Assembly (NCBI GenBank): GCA_963754925.1
Contig: CAVWHX010000003.1
Span: 96,001-160,000, forward strand
DNA: 64,000 nucleotides
Direction of reading: 5' to 3'
Source: an uncultured delta proteobacterium
Lineage (GTDB): Bacteria; Myxococcota; B64-G9
Below are positions 41,270 to 52,172 of this stretch, one piece after another; positions within the stretch are counted from its first letter, which is position 1, and each line of letters begins with the position of its first letter. A model generated the notes under the pieces. That model saw only the letters and a list, made by a program, of their open reading frames with translations, had not been told where the DNA came from and made no database searches. A program made the position numbers and the translations under genes.

Positions 41270-41827
41270 TCAACGCCCACCCGAAACCGATGCAATTTTC
41301 TCGCCAACCATCGCGAACTTTCTGATCATCATAAGCCTCTTTTCACCGATACCTCGGACAGAAAGCAATTCCTCGAGACTTGAAAAACCGCCGCGTTCGT
41401 CTCTAGCGGCAACCATGCGTTGCGCGAGCACCGATCCTATCCCGGGGATTGCTTCTAGATCAACAGCACGCGCGGCGTTGAGATCGATCAACATTCCCGC
41501 CAGAAGAAAATGTTTCCCGGAAAGGGGGGTGTCCTCAACCTGACAGTTTCCGTCGGAATCCCGATGGACGTCGAACAGCCTTCCCTGGCGCGGGCGTTCC
41601 AAATGGCAGCGTGACGGCAAACCGACCTGCGCGGCAATCTCTTCCGGATTGCGATCGAGGTCCATGCATACAAAACCGGAGCGCTCAACCGCGCCAATTA
41701 TCTCTAGGCCCCTGCGACAGGGCTTCGCGGTGGCGATCGCGATCGAAAACAGCTCCGGAACATGACCGAGAACCGCCAGGATCAAAAGCAGCACCACGAG
41801 TCCTAGTTCTTGCCGCGTTCCCAACAC
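41270..41827 (-). CDS. ComEA-like helix-hairpin-helix DNA-binding protein
   Basis: N-terminal TM segment; IDLNAA..LEAIPGIG..LLSVRGIG. Confidence 0.85.
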   Translation of the reverse strand: MLGTRQELGLVVLLLILAVLGHVPELFSIAIATAKPCRRGLEIIGAVERSGFVCMDLDRNPEEIAAQVGLPSRCHLERPRQGRLFDVHRDSDGNCQVEDTPLSGKHFLLAGMLIDLNAARAVDLEAIPGIGSVLAQRMVAARDERGGFSSLEELLSVRGIGEKRLMMIRKFAMVGEKIASVSGGR

Positions 41828-41868
41828 GCCTCCCCGATGAATTCAATTTAAAAACGTATGCCGTTGTT

Positions 41869-42244
41869 CTAACAATTGGCCTCAAAGGCGTTTTGAATAA
41901 GCTCGATCTCGTTCTCCGGACCGAGAACCGCAATAACGTCAAAGCGAATCATGGTGTCGGTAATCCCTTCGTCCTGACAGTAGGCCATGGCTGCCCGGAT
42001 GATCTGTTGTTTCTTTCTCGGGGTAATGGTCTCGTGCCGGGTGCACCTGGGCGGGATCGCTTCGGGAGCGCACCTCGACAAAAACCAACGTATCGCCATC
42101 CATAGCCACGATATCGATTTCACCAATCTTGAAGCGTTTATTGCGCACGATAATGCGATAGCCACGTTTTTTTAAGAAAGCAGCGGCCAGATCCTCTGAA
42201 CTCTGACCCAACGACTGGCGGGTTTCCCCTGAAAGCGTGGACAT
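41869..42244 (-). CDS. yraN: YraN family protein (frameshift near 42035)
   Basis: LGQSSEDLA..GEIDIVA..LVFVEVRSR in one frame; ETITPRK..RFDVIA..IQNAF in the other. Confidence 0.88.
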
Positions 42245-42388
42245 GGGGCCAGTATCGTCAAGGCGAAGCCGACTGTCAAAGGGATACTGCCGACAACACC
42301 TTGGCAAAAACGGGGTTTGCGCGTACTTGGTGTGATGGAAGTTGATCGATGCAATCGATGTACATTAGGATAGGTCCTGGGAGGAAAC

Positions 42389-43261
42389 GTGGAGAAAGCA
42401 CCCAACCGTTCGGGCAGCCTCTACCTGGTTGCGACACCGATAGGCAACCTTGAGGACATTACCTTGCGCGGCTTGCGGGTATTGCGTGAGGTTGCCTTGA
42501 TAGCGGCCGAAGATACCCGTCATACGCAACAGCTCCTCTCGGCCTACGGGATAACCGCCCGGCTCATGAGTTATCGGGAACAGAACCATACCGCGGCGTC
42601 GGGTAGAATTTGCGAAGTCCTGGGCGCGGGTATGGATGTGGCGCTTACCACCGATGCCGGCACGCCGGGGCTCAGCGATCCCGGTGCAGCGCTCGTCGCG
42701 ATGGTCGTGGCCCGTGGGTTTCGCGTCGTACCGGTGCCCGGTCCCAGCGCGGTTATCGCCGCGCTGACTGCCTCGGGCCTGCCGACCGACCGGTTTCTCT
42801 TCCTCGGTTTTCTTCCCCGCAAGGTCGGCACCGTCCGAAAGCTTCTTGAAACCCTATCAAAAGAAGTCTGCACGCTCGTCATCTACGAATCTCCGCATCG
42901 ACTGGGGAAGACGCTTTCGCTCCTGGCCGAGGTCTTTAGCGCCCGTCAGGCGGTTGTGGTCCGCGAGCTGACCAAACAGCACGAAACCTTTGACCGGGGT
43001 ACGCTCGCCGAGCTTGCGCAGCGTTACCATGAAGGCACCCTCGGCGAAGTAACGCTCGTCATAGAGGGCGCCTCCGAGAGCAGCCCCGCCGTTTCCCGGG
43101 AGTTACAGGAGTTGGTGACGCTTTTGAAAGAGGGACGCGCACTTCCGACCGGCGAAATAGCGCGGCTTCTCGGACCACTGACTGGATTGGATCGCCGCAG
43201 CCTCTACCAGCTTGTAATTGAGCGCACCGATACATCTACCGATTCTGAAGATAAAGAATAG
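42389..43261 (+). CDS. rsmI: 16S rRNA (cytidine(1402)-2'-O)-methyltransferase
   Basis: LYLVATPIGNLEDIT, AEDTR, DAGTPGLSDPG, YESPHR, RELTK. Confidence 0.96.
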   Translation: MEKAPNRSGSLYLVATPIGNLEDITLRGLRVLREVALIAAEDTRHTQQLLSAYGITARLMSYREQNHTAASGRICEVLGAGMDVALTTDAGTPGLSDPGAALVAMVVARGFRVVPVPGPSAVIAALTASGLPTDRFLFLGFLPRKVGTVRKLLETLSKEVCTLVIYESPHRLGKTLSLLAEVFSARQAVVVRELTKQHETFDRGTLAELAQRYHEGTLGEVTLVIEGASESSPAVSRELQELVTLLKEGRALPTGEIARLLGPLTGLDRRSLYQLVIERTDTSTDSEDKE

Positions 43262-43384
43262 TCCCACCGGCTGCCACCTGACTGATTTCTCAATCAACAG
43301 TTGTATCGCAGGCAGCTTTATGGTAAAAAAGTTAAGGGTCAACACCAAGCGCCTCATCACCACGAGGCCTGAGGAGTCGTAATC

Positions 43385-44239
43385 ATGGGCGAATCATTCG
43401 ATCGTTTCAGCGGCACCAAAAAGTATCTTACCTCAGCCGAGCTTCGCCATGCGGTCAACGTGGCGGTCGCGTTGGGACGGCCGTTGTTGGTCAAAGGCGA
43501 ACCCGGAACCGGCAAAACCCTGCTTGCCCACGCGGTAGCGGAAGACTTGGGGTTAGAGCTTTTAGTCTGGAACGTGAAATCCACCTCCAAAGCAATCGAG
43601 GGACTGTACCTCTACGACACGGTGCAGCGTCTGCAGGACAGCCGCTTTGGCGACCGAGACGTCTCGGATATCCGCCAATATATTAAGCTTGGTCCTTTGG
43701 GAAAAGCGCTCACTCACGAAAACCAGGTCGTACTGTTGATCGACGAGATCGATAAAGCTGACCTGGAGTTTCCGAACGACTTGCTAGCCGAGCTCGATAC
43801 CATGGAGTTCACGGTGACCGAGACCGGCGATCACCACAAAGCCAAACATCGCCCGGTGGTGGTGGTTACCTCTAACAGCGAAAAGGAGCTGCCAGACGCA
43901 TTTTTACGCCGCTGCGTTTTCCACTACATCGAGTTTCCCGACGAGGATCTCATGGCTAAAATTGTCCGAGTTCACCACCCGGACGTTGCCAAGAAGTTGC
44001 TCGAGCAGTGCATGAAGAAATTTTATTGGCTGCGTTCGCTGGATGGCTTGCGCAAGCGCCCCTCGACGTCGGAATTGATCGATTGGATCGGCGCTCTGAT
44101 CCAAGCGGGCGTCCCTGAATCCGAGGTGGCTTCAGCAATACCCTTCCTGGGGGCGCTCATCAAGCGGCACGAAGATATCGAGGTCGTTGCCAACAATGGT
44201 CGCACGGTGCACTATTCGGGGCGCGACACCTGGCGTTGA
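43385..44239 (+). CDS. MoxR-family AAA+ ATPase
   Basis: GEPGTGKT, LLIDEIDKAD, LPDAFLRRC. Confidence 0.93.
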   Translation: MGESFDRFSGTKKYLTSAELRHAVNVAVALGRPLLVKGEPGTGKTLLAHAVAEDLGLELLVWNVKSTSKAIEGLYLYDTVQRLQDSRFGDRDVSDIRQYIKLGPLGKALTHENQVVLLIDEIDKADLEFPNDLLAELDTMEFTVTETGDHHKAKHRPVVVVTSNSEKELPDAFLRRCVFHYIEFPDEDLMAKIVRVHHPDVAKKLLEQCMKKFYWLRSLDGLRKRPSTSELIDWIGALIQAGVPESEVASAIPFLGALIKRHEDIEVVANNGRTVHYSGRDTWR

Positions 44240-44249
44240 GGTTTTCGCC

Positions 44250-45446
44250 GTGAGCGAAGGAATCTTTCTGGGCTTTTTCTTTCGGCTGCGTTCGCAGGGC
44301 CTGCCGGTATCTCCGACCGAATGGCTGACTCTGGTTGAGGGCTTGTGCCGCGGCCTGCACGGCTCGTCGATGATAGGTTTTTACTCCCTGGCGCGTTCGG
44401 TACTGATCAAGGACGAGGCCCGGTTGGACGCCTTTGATCAAGCTTTCGCAGAGCAGTTTAAGGGCGTCACGCACGTGGCGAAGATTGAGGAAGAAGTATG
44501 GCGTTGGCTTGAAACCGCGCTCGAACGATATCCCATCGACCCGGCCCTGCTCAAGATGCTCGACCAGGTGGACGTGGACGCCTTGCGGGAGCTTTTTGAG
44601 CAGCGCCTGCGCGAACAAACCGAGCGGCATGACGGCGGCAACAAATGGATCGGCACCGGTGGAACCTCGCCTTTTGGCCACAGCGGCTACCATCCCGGCG
44701 GCATCCGCGTGGGCGGCGAAGGCCATTTAGGCTCGGCCGTCAAGGTGGCCGCCGCCCGACGCTATCGCGAGCATCGCCAGGATTTGGTCCTCGACACCCG
44801 CCAATTGTCGGTGGCGCTTAAAAAATTACGGGCGCTGAAAAGGGTCGGCCAAGCCGAGGAGCTTGATCTCGACAACACCATCGATCGCAGCGCCAAAAGC
44901 GCCGGCGAGCTCGAGTTGGTCTTCCGTCCCCCACGGCGCAACCAGTTGACGATGCTCCTGGCCATGGATGTCGGCGGCTCGATGGAGCCCTACCGCCATC
45001 TGGTGGATATTCTATTCTCCGCCGCGCATGCTTCGAAGCACTTCAAGCGACTGTCGCACGTCTACTTCCACAACTGCATCTACGATCGGGTGTATCTCAA
45101 CGCTTCGTTTAGTGAAACCATGCCGACGTCCGAGCTCCTGGCCAAAACCGATCGCGATACCCGTTTGGTGCTCGTCGGCGACGCCTACATGGCCCCCAGC
45201 GAACTCTCCATGCGTAACGGAGCCATCGACTGGAACGACCAAAACGAGATCCCCGGCATCGTGTGGCTCAAACGCATATCCGATCATTTCCGCTACAAGG
45301 CCTGGCTCAATCCGATGTCCCTGCGGTATTGGAACGCTTCTTCGACCAGCACTATCCGCAAGGTATTCCAGATGCTGCCGCTCACGGTGGAAGGGGTCGA
45401 GAGCCTCGCCACCGAGCTGAGCCGCGGGGGGATGCGGCGGCACTGA
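44250..45446 (+). CDS. VWA/CoxE-like partner of MoxR
   Basis: GGNKWIGTGGTSPFG, MDVGGSM (MIDAS-like), YFHNCIY, VGDAYM, WLNP. Confidence 0.88.
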   Translation: MSEGIFLGFFFRLRSQGLPVSPTEWLTLVEGLCRGLHGSSMIGFYSLARSVLIKDEARLDAFDQAFAEQFKGVTHVAKIEEEVWRWLETALERYPIDPALLKMLDQVDVDALRELFEQRLREQTERHDGGNKWIGTGGTSPFGHSGYHPGGIRVGGEGHLGSAVKVAAARRYREHRQDLVLDTRQLSVALKKLRALKRVGQAEELDLDNTIDRSAKSAGELELVFRPPRRNQLTMLLAMDVGGSMEPYRHLVDILFSAAHASKHFKRLSHVYFHNCIYDRVYLNASFSETMPTSELLAKTDRDTRLVLVGDAYMAPSELSMRNGAIDWNDQNEIPGIVWLKRISDHFRYKAWLNPMSLRYWNASSTSTIRKVFQMLPLTVEGVESLATELSRGGMRRH

Positions 45447-45477
45447 TAATGCTCCCATACTGGTAGGAGGGCTCCCC

Positions 45478-47478
45478 ATGGGTTACCTACCGTTGATTGA
45501 GGATCTGGCGATCATCGCCGGCCTCAGCGTGGCGGTAACCGTCGTGCTGGCTCGACTGCGCGTGCCGACCGTGGCGGGTTTTCTGGCGGCTGGAGCATTA
45601 ATCGGTCCTTTTGGCCTGGGCCTCATAACCGAAGTTGCTGCCATCGAGTCGCTGGCCGAGGTCGGGGTGGTTCTACTCCTGTTTACCATCGGCTTGGAGT
45701 TCTCAGTCGAACGCATGCGGCACATATTTAGGCAGGCGGCGTTGGGAGGCATAGTCCAGGTTATGACCACCCTGGCCGCAACGGCCGCGATTGCACTTTT
45801 CTACGGCCACACCCTGGGCCAGGCCCTGTTCTACGGATTCGTTTTGGCCATGTCGAGCACCGCTATTGTACTGCGGGCGCTTGCCGAACGCGGAGAACTC
45901 GATGCGCCGCATGGCCGCTTCATCGTTGGAGCGCTTATTTTCCAAGATCTCTGCGTTGTCCCCATGGTGCTGCTGGTGCCGGTCCTCGCCGGCGGGTCCA
46001 CCACCGGGGCCGTCACCGGCGAGATCGCCCTGGCGCTCGGTAAGGCTGCCCTGGTTGTCGCCGGCGCCCTCATGGCGGCGCGGTTTTTAGTGCCGCGTTT
46101 GTTGCGCTGGGTGGACGCGGCCCGCAGCCGCGATGTCTTTTTACTTGCGGTCCTGGCCATATGCGTCGGCACGGCTTGGCTCACCTCGCTGGTCGGCCTC
46201 TCCTTGGCGCTCGGCGCATTTTTGGGAGGGATGGTCGTCGCCGACACCGAGTTTCAGCATCGTGCGATGGGAGACATCATTCCGCTGCGCGACACGTTCA
46301 TGAGCGTGTTTTTCATTTCTCTCGGAATGTTGTTCGATACCCGTCTGCTCATCGACCGCCCGCTCGACGTGGCCCTGCTCCTCGCGGGCTTCGTTGTCGG
46401 CAAGGCCGTGCTTTCGATGCTCGCCGCGGCAGTAATGCGTTTTCCGGCGCGGGCGGCCTGGCTGGCCGGTATCGGCCTGGCTCAGTTCGGCGAGTTTGGT
46501 TTCGTGTTGATCACGCTGGGCGCGTCATTTGGTCTGACCGACAAAAACGCGGTGAGCACTCTGCTTGCGGCGGGCATCCTGAGCATGTTTTTCACGCCGG
46601 TGCTCATCCGTCTGGCGCCGCGCATCTCGGCCGGGGAAAAACTCATCTCCCCGCTCACCCGACTTCTAGGCGTGCGCGGCATCGAACAGGTCGAGCGCCC
46701 CGAGGAAATCAAGCGGCATATCGTCGTCATCGGCTATGGCGTTGCCGGTAAGCTGGTTGTCCGAGCCTTGGACGCATGCGGGTTCCCCCCGGTGGTTCTC
46801 GAACTCAATGCGGAGACCGTGCGCCGCGCTCGAGAAGCTGGAGAATCGGTATACTACGCGGACGCCACCAGCGCAGAGGCCCTCAGTCACGCTCAAATCC
46901 AGAACGCCCGCGCCGTGGTCATCCTGATCAACGATCCGCAGGCGATTCTGCGCGTCGTGGATACGGTGCATCGTGCAGCGCCGGCGATACCGGTGATCAT
47001 CCGCACCAGATACCTCGCGGAACGATCGACGCTCACCAAACTGGGCGCCACGGACGTGGTGGCCGAGGAAGTGGAAGCGAGCGTCGAAGTGATCGCTCGG
47101 CTGCTGCGGCGCCTCGATGTTCCCCGTAACCTCATCGATTCGCGGATACGGGAGGCGCGTGAAGCGCTGCAGACATCCGATCGCCGGGTCAAGATTCCGC
47201 GAAACGTTTTACCCGAACATGAAGCCTTGGCGGATCTCAAGATCGACAGCATGCTGGTCAGCGAGGACAGCCATGCGGTCGGTCGGACGGCGCTCGAGCT
47301 CGAACTCCGCTCCAAAACCCGCGCGCTCATCGTCGCAGTCCGGCGCGGCGAGCACCTGCTTGACCACCCCGACCCCCAGGAACCCTTCGCGGCGGGCGAT
47401 ATCATCTACTTGGTCGGCACCAGCCCGGCCATTAGGCAAGCGGTTGATCTTCTCGATCAACCCACCCACACCTATTGA
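45478..47478 (+). CDS. CPA2/Kef-type cation:proton antiporter with TrkA-N and TrkA-C domains
   Basis: GVVLLLFTIGLE, SSTAIV, FQDL, QFGEFGFV, GYGVAG. Confidence 0.93.
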   Translation: MGYLPLIEDLAIIAGLSVAVTVVLARLRVPTVAGFLAAGALIGPFGLGLITEVAAIESLAEVGVVLLLFTIGLEFSVERMRHIFRQAALGGIVQVMTTLAATAAIALFYGHTLGQALFYGFVLAMSSTAIVLRALAERGELDAPHGRFIVGALIFQDLCVVPMVLLVPVLAGGSTTGAVTGEIALALGKAALVVAGALMAARFLVPRLLRWVDAARSRDVFLLAVLAICVGTAWLTSLVGLSLALGAFLGGMVVADTEFQHRAMGDIIPLRDTFMSVFFISLGMLFDTRLLIDRPLDVALLLAGFVVGKAVLSMLAAAVMRFPARAAWLAGIGLAQFGEFGFVLITLGASFGLTDKNAVSTLLAAGILSMFFTPVLIRLAPRISAGEKLISPLTRLLGVRGIEQVERPEEIKRHIVVIGYGVAGKLVVRALDACGFPPVVLELNAETVRRAREAGESVYYADATSAEALSHAQIQNARAVVILINDPQAILRVVDTVHRAAPAIPVIIRTRYLAERSTLTKLGATDVVAEEVEASVEVIARLLRRLDVPRNLIDSRIREAREALQTSDRRVKIPRNVLPEHEALADLKIDSMLVSEDSHAVGRTALELELRSKTRALIVAVRRGEHLLDHPDPQEPFAAGDIIYLVGTSPAIRQAVDLLDQPTHTY

Positions 47479-47509
47479 CTTTCCGCGACCTGCTGCGTAC
47501 GGTCGTCAC

Positions 47510-50191
47510 ATGAGCACAGACTCTCGGCCGCTGCTCGTCCTGATCGACGGCAGCTCGTACATCCATCGAGCTTACCATGCTATCCAACACCTCTCCACCA
47601 GCCAGGGAGTGCCGACCAACGCCGTCTTCGGCGTTACGAGAATGCTGCTTGCGCTTCTCGACGAGTTGCAACCCACGTATGTGGCGGTGGTTCTGGACAA
47701 GGGCGGAAAAACCTTCCGCCATGAACTGTACCCTGCCTATAAAGCGAATCGACCGCATGCCCCCGAGGACTTAGTAGTACAGCTACCGGTTGTGCGCGAG
47801 GCGATCACGGCGTTGAACCTTCCGTTGATAGAGCAAGCCGGCGTCGAGGCGGACGATCTGATCGGCAGTTTGGCGCGGCGTGCGGTCCAGGAGGGCTTCG
47901 ACGTGCTGATTTCGAGCGGCGACAAAGACCTGATGCAGCTCGTCGGCGATCGCATTCACATGGTCGATTCCCTGCGCGAGGTTCGGTACGATCGCAACGC
48001 CGTCCTGGAAAAGCTCGGGGTGCCACCGGAACGGGTCGCCGATCTGCTCGCGCTGATGGGAGATGCGTCGGACAATATTCCCGGCGTGACCGGGGTCGGC
48101 GAAAAAACGGCGGCGAAGCTTCTTGCCGAGTACGGCGATCTCGAGGGCGTGCTGGCCGCGGCCCCCGGCATGAAGAAGGGCAAATTACGCGATACCTTAA
48201 TCGCGGATGCGTCAACGGCGAGGCTATCGCTGCAGCTTGCCACCCTCAAGCTCGATCTTGAGCTTCCCTTCGCGCCGATAGAGCTTGCCCGGCAACCCGC
48301 CGATGACGAGCGCCTCAACCGTTTTCTCGAAAAATGTGAATTCACCTCGTTGCGACGCAAGCTCATGCCGAAAAAGACGCTCGACACCGATAGCTACCGG
48401 ACGGTGCAGAGTGTCGAGGCGTTTGAGCGGGTTCTCACTCGAATTCGCGAAACCAAAACCTGTGCGATTGACCTTGAGACAACCGCGCTTGACCCGGTGC
48501 GCGCCGAGATTGTCGGGATCAGCCTCTCCCCGGCGCTCGGGGAGGCCTATTACATTCCGGTCGCCCATCGCGGCCCGACCGCTGTCGGGCAGTTGCCGCG
48601 CGTCGAGGTCATTGAACGGCTGCAACCCCTCCTTCGCGATCCGCAGGTGCGCTGGTTTGGGCATAATATTAAATATGACGCTATCGTGCTCGTCAATCGG
48701 CATGCGCTTCCGATTGCAACCATAGCCTGCGACAGCATGCTGGCCTCCTATTTACTTGATCCGGATCGTTTCAGCCATAGTCTCGACAGTCTGACCCAGG
48801 AATTGTTGCGGCACGATCCGCTCACCTACCAGCAGGTGACCGGTAAGGGCAAGCAACAGATCGCCTTCGCCGACGTGGACGTTAACACGGCCACGCGCTA
48901 CTCCTGCGAAGACGCCGACGCCACGTTCCGGCTCTGCACGCTGTTGCTGCCGCGGCTCGCCGAAGCGGGGCTCATGCAGCTTTTTTCAGAGATCGAGCTG
49001 CCCCTCATTCCCGTCCTGGTGGATATGGAGCTTACCGGGATACGCGTTGACCCGGAGCGACTCCGCCTCTTAGGCAACGAGCTCGAACGGGAGATCGAGC
49101 GAACCCAAGAACGCATCTATCGGCTGGCCGGGCATGAGTTCAATATCCAATCCCCTGCGCAATTACGCACGGTGCTGTTCGAAGAGCTGCAGCTTGACGA
49201 GAAGAAAAAGACTAAATCCGGCGCCTCGACCGACTCGACCGTGCTCGAGGAACTGGCCATCTCGCACGAACTCCCGGGCGAAATCCTCAACTACCGTTCT
49301 CTGTCCAAACTCAAGTCAACGTATATCGATGTGCTCCCCCAAATGATAAACCCCGAGACCGGGTGCATTCACACGAGCTTCAATCAGGCGGTCGCAGCCA
49401 CCGGGCGCTTGTCATCCTCGGATCCAAACCTGCAAAATATTCCGGCGCGCACCGAGCTTGGTCTGCGCATTCGCGAGGCGTTTGTCGCCTCGCCCGGCTG
49501 TCTTCTGCTCTCGGCAGATTATTCTCAAGTAGAGCTGCGCATTCTCGCGTATCTCAGCCAAGATGCCGCGTTTTGCGAAGCGTTTCGCCAGGGCGAGGAT
49601 ATCCATGCTCATACCGCGGCCCGCGTTTTTGGAGTCCCTATCATGCAGGTCACGAGCGAAATGCGCCAGCGCGCCAAGGCGGTCAACTTCGGAATCATCT
49701 ACGGCCAAGGACCCTTCAATCTCTCCCGGCAGCTGCGTATACCGCGCGCCGAGGCCAAGGAAATCATCGACCATTACCTCGAGAAACACCGCGACGTACG
49801 AACCTGGGTCGAAAAAACCCACGAGCAGGCGCGCCGGCAGGGCTATGTCTCAACCCTTTTCGGACGAAAACGCTTCGTGCCGGATATCAACAGCCCTAAC
49901 CATGCCGCGCGGGCAAACGCAGAGCGCGTCGCTCAAAACACTCCTCTTCAGGGCACCGCCGCCGATATTATCAAGCGTGCGATGATCGCCATTCATAACG
50001 AACTCAAAGAACGCAAGCTGCACTCCCGCATGGTGTTGCAGGTCCACGATGAGTTGCTATTCGACGTCCCCGAATCCGAGTTGACGACCATCCAGGCCCT
50101 GGTGCGGGAGAAGATGGAGGGCGCGGCAGAACCGCACCTTACGCTGACGGTGGATATGGCCATTGGACGTACCTGGGCGGAAGCACGCTAG
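47510..50191 (+). CDS. polA: DNA polymerase I
   Basis: IDGSSY 5'-3' exonuclease, DLET 3'-5' exonuclease, TGRLSSSDPNLQNIP, DYSQVELR, KAVNFGIIYG, QVHDEL. Confidence 0.97.
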   Translation: MSTDSRPLLVLIDGSSYIHRAYHAIQHLSTSQGVPTNAVFGVTRMLLALLDELQPTYVAVVLDKGGKTFRHELYPAYKANRPHAPEDLVVQLPVVREAITALNLPLIEQAGVEADDLIGSLARRAVQEGFDVLISSGDKDLMQLVGDRIHMVDSLREVRYDRNAVLEKLGVPPERVADLLALMGDASDNIPGVTGVGEKTAAKLLAEYGDLEGVLAAAPGMKKGKLRDTLIADASTARLSLQLATLKLDLELPFAPIELARQPADDERLNRFLEKCEFTSLRRKLMPKKTLDTDSYRTVQSVEAFERVLTRIRETKTCAIDLETTALDPVRAEIVGISLSPALGEAYYIPVAHRGPTAVGQLPRVEVIERLQPLLRDPQVRWFGHNIKYDAIVLVNRHALPIATIACDSMLASYLLDPDRFSHSLDSLTQELLRHDPLTYQQVTGKGKQQIAFADVDVNTATRYSCEDADATFRLCTLLLPRLAEAGLMQLFSEIELPLIPVLVDMELTGIRVDPERLRLLGNELEREIERTQERIYRLAGHEFNIQSPAQLRTVLFEELQLDEKKKTKSGASTDSTVLEELAISHELPGEILNYRSLSKLKSTYIDVLPQMINPETGCIHTSFNQAVAATGRLSSSDPNLQNIPARTELGLRIREAFVASPGCLLLSADYSQVELRILAYLSQDAAFCEAFRQGEDIHAHTAARVFGVPIMQVTSEMRQRAKAVNFGIIYGQGPFNLSRQLRIPRAEAKEIIDHYLEKHRDVRTWVEKTHEQARRQGYVSTLFGRKRFVPDINSPNHAARANAERVAQNTPLQGTAADIIKRAMIAIHNELKERKLHSRMVLQVHDELLFDVPESELTTIQALVREKMEGAAEPHLTLTVDMAIGRTWAEAR

Positions 50192-50206
50192 GGTTGTGGG
50201 AAGGTA

Positions 50207-50226
50207 TGCGAAGTTATGGCGCTCTG
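50207..50226. repeat. Solo copy of the MITE-like element right end
   Basis: TGCGAAGTTATGGCGCTCTG, identical to 52470-52489. Confidence 0.75.
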
Positions 50227-50231
50227 TATAT

Positions 50232-50258
50232 AAAAAAAGCCGGGTCACGTTCCCGGCT
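50232..50258 (-). terminator. Intrinsic terminator of the cold-shock gene
   Basis: AGCCGGG/CCCGGCT stem followed by a T-run on the minus strand. Confidence 0.75.
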
Positions 50259-50292
50259 CTCAGACGTTATGACTCAAACTCGCTCGACGAAA

Positions 50293-50496
50293 CTAAGTGA
50301 CCTTCGACACGTTACGGGCCTGTAGTCCTTTGGGCCCTTGACTGACTTCAAATTCGACCGTATCACCTTCCTTTAACCACTTAAAACCCTCTGCTTGGAT
50401 CGACGAGAAGTGCACAAAGACGTCCTCACCGTTTTCCTGTTCGATAAATCCAAATCCCTTCGCGTCGTTAAACCATTTCACCTTACCTGTTGCCAT
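50293..50496 (-). CDS. Cold-shock protein (CspA family)
   Basis: GKVKWFN..KGFGFI..DVFVHFS. Confidence 0.96.
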   Translation of the reverse strand: MATGKVKWFNDAKGFGFIEQENGEDVFVHFSSIQAEGFKWLKEGDTVEFEVSQGPKGLQARNVSKVT

Positions 50497-50980
50497 GCGT
50501 CCATCTCCTTCTCAGCTTCGCCCAACAGCGTAAGCGGCGAACCCACGCCGCTTGGCTATTGGGACATCAATAGCGGTACCAAGACCGGAATAAAAGCTTG
50601 CTGGATCATAACGTTCCAGCTTACCGACTCACCTCGTTTGCACAGGGAAAATTGAGAAGATACCACATTCCACGCTACTAGAGTGCCAGCGATCCGCACT
50701 TCTGTCAAGGCTTTTTCTAATAAAAATCGCACCCGTTTCTCGCCTATCACCCGTTATTCCTGCTACAGTCAGGGATACCGGGCCAAGAAGCGGCAACGCA
50801 TTTCTTGACTGGTGTCATGAGTCTACGGCAGGTGATGTCCGTGAGGACCCAAGAGGGCGGCAAGTGCTCGACAATCGAACAGTTGGTTGTTTGGTAGCCT
50901 TGAGCCATTTCTTGTGGTTTGGCCATATCTAATATACCGGTACTCATGGCGTGGATTCTATACGGTAAGGAGGTTCGACG

Positions 50981-52123
50981 ATGTGTCGATCTTCACGCTG
51001 TTGGTTGGCGCTTTGCAGTGCTTTCATGCTGTTAGGATTTCCCCTCCACGGGCAAGAAGCAGACAATCTCTCACCGGAAGAAACTATGCAGGAGGCATCA
51101 CCTGCGGAACAACCGGCGATCCAAACTCCGACCAACGAGCAAGAGCATATCGTTGTTACCGGCGACACGCTGTGGGATATCAGTGCCCGGTACAAAAACA
51201 GTCCATGGTATTGGCCTCAGATCTGGTCCTTCAACCCGCAGATTAGCAATCCCCACTGGATATATCCCGGTCAGCGGATTCGTTTCCTTACCGACGGACA
51301 ACTGCCAACCGAGATCACGGATGTACAAGCTAGCGTGGCGCTGACCTCCGGAGGGGATGAAGAAGAACTACCCCCGGACTTAGTCAGGATCGTCGGGCCC
51401 GGCATTTTTAAAATCAAGGATCCCAAATCGATCCTCGTCCGACGTCAAGCGTTTATACTCGACAAGGAGCATGACGCTCTGGGAACGATTAGTGGCTCGA
51501 TAAGAAACGTAGAAATGCTCGCGACGTTCGATCCAATCTTTGTCAGCTTCCAAAAGAATGCTTCCGCCGCGGTGGGTGAAAAGTATGCGGTTATCCGCAC
51601 CGGGGAAAAAATCGAGCACCCGATAACCGGCGACCTGGTAGGCTACTATTCGCACATCTTGGGGACCGTTCAGCTCAACGGCATCGAAGAGAGCACTGCC
51701 ACGGCGACGATCACCGAGGCAGTCGAACCGATTTATCGCGGTGACACCATAGGACCGTTACCGCCCGAGCTAACCAAGCTAGTCACCCCGCAACCAAACA
51801 CCGTCGAAACGAAGGGCTACATCGTAGGCTCCGAAATTACCCTCACCATCCTTGGCGAAAACAACATGGTTTTCATCGATCAGGGAAGCCAACAGGGTGT
51901 GGCCGAGGGTAATATATTCGATGTGGTGCGTCGGGAAGACGGTTTTTCGCCCAACGGCGATACCAAGGACGAAGGCACAACGTGGGATACCATTCTGCCG
52001 ATCGAGATCATGGGCCGCATCATGATTGTTGACGCCCGCGGAACCACCTCTACGGGCGTGGTGCTGTCAAGTCTGCGCGAAATTCGGGTAGGCGACCGCG
52101 TTCAGATGTCTGTTGTCCGCTAG
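50981..52123 (+). CDS. LysM peptidoglycan-binding domain protein
   Basis: Signal peptide, GDTLWDIS..PWYWPQIW..NPHWIYPGQ; common neighbour of dprA. Confidence 0.9.
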   Translation: MCRSSRCWLALCSAFMLLGFPLHGQEADNLSPEETMQEASPAEQPAIQTPTNEQEHIVVTGDTLWDISARYKNSPWYWPQIWSFNPQISNPHWIYPGQRIRFLTDGQLPTEITDVQASVALTSGGDEEELPPDLVRIVGPGIFKIKDPKSILVRRQAFILDKEHDALGTISGSIRNVEMLATFDPIFVSFQKNASAAVGEKYAVIRTGEKIEHPITGDLVGYYSHILGTVQLNGIEESTATATITEAVEPIYRGDTIGPLPPELTKLVTPQPNTVETKGYIVGSEITLTILGENNMVFIDQGSQQGVAEGNIFDVVRREDGFSPNGDTKDEGTTWDTILPIEIMGRIMIVDARGTTSTGVVLSSLREIRVGDRVQMSVVR

Positions 52124-52172
52124 CTCCTCTTTCACAAACTGCTGATTATTACTGACGACCTGAGTCACATGC

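Noticed and set aside
43385..45446. MoxR-VWA pair as a novel defence system
   Set aside because: This is a common chaperone-like MoxR/VWA pair in a housekeeping context, with no nuclease or effector genes.
47117..47509. N-terminal extension of PolA (similar extensions appear on sdhA, topA, ychF, the 29116 ORF and the 58726 ORF)
   Set aside because: These are longest-ORF artefacts overlapping upstream genes; the family-typical starts lie downstream.
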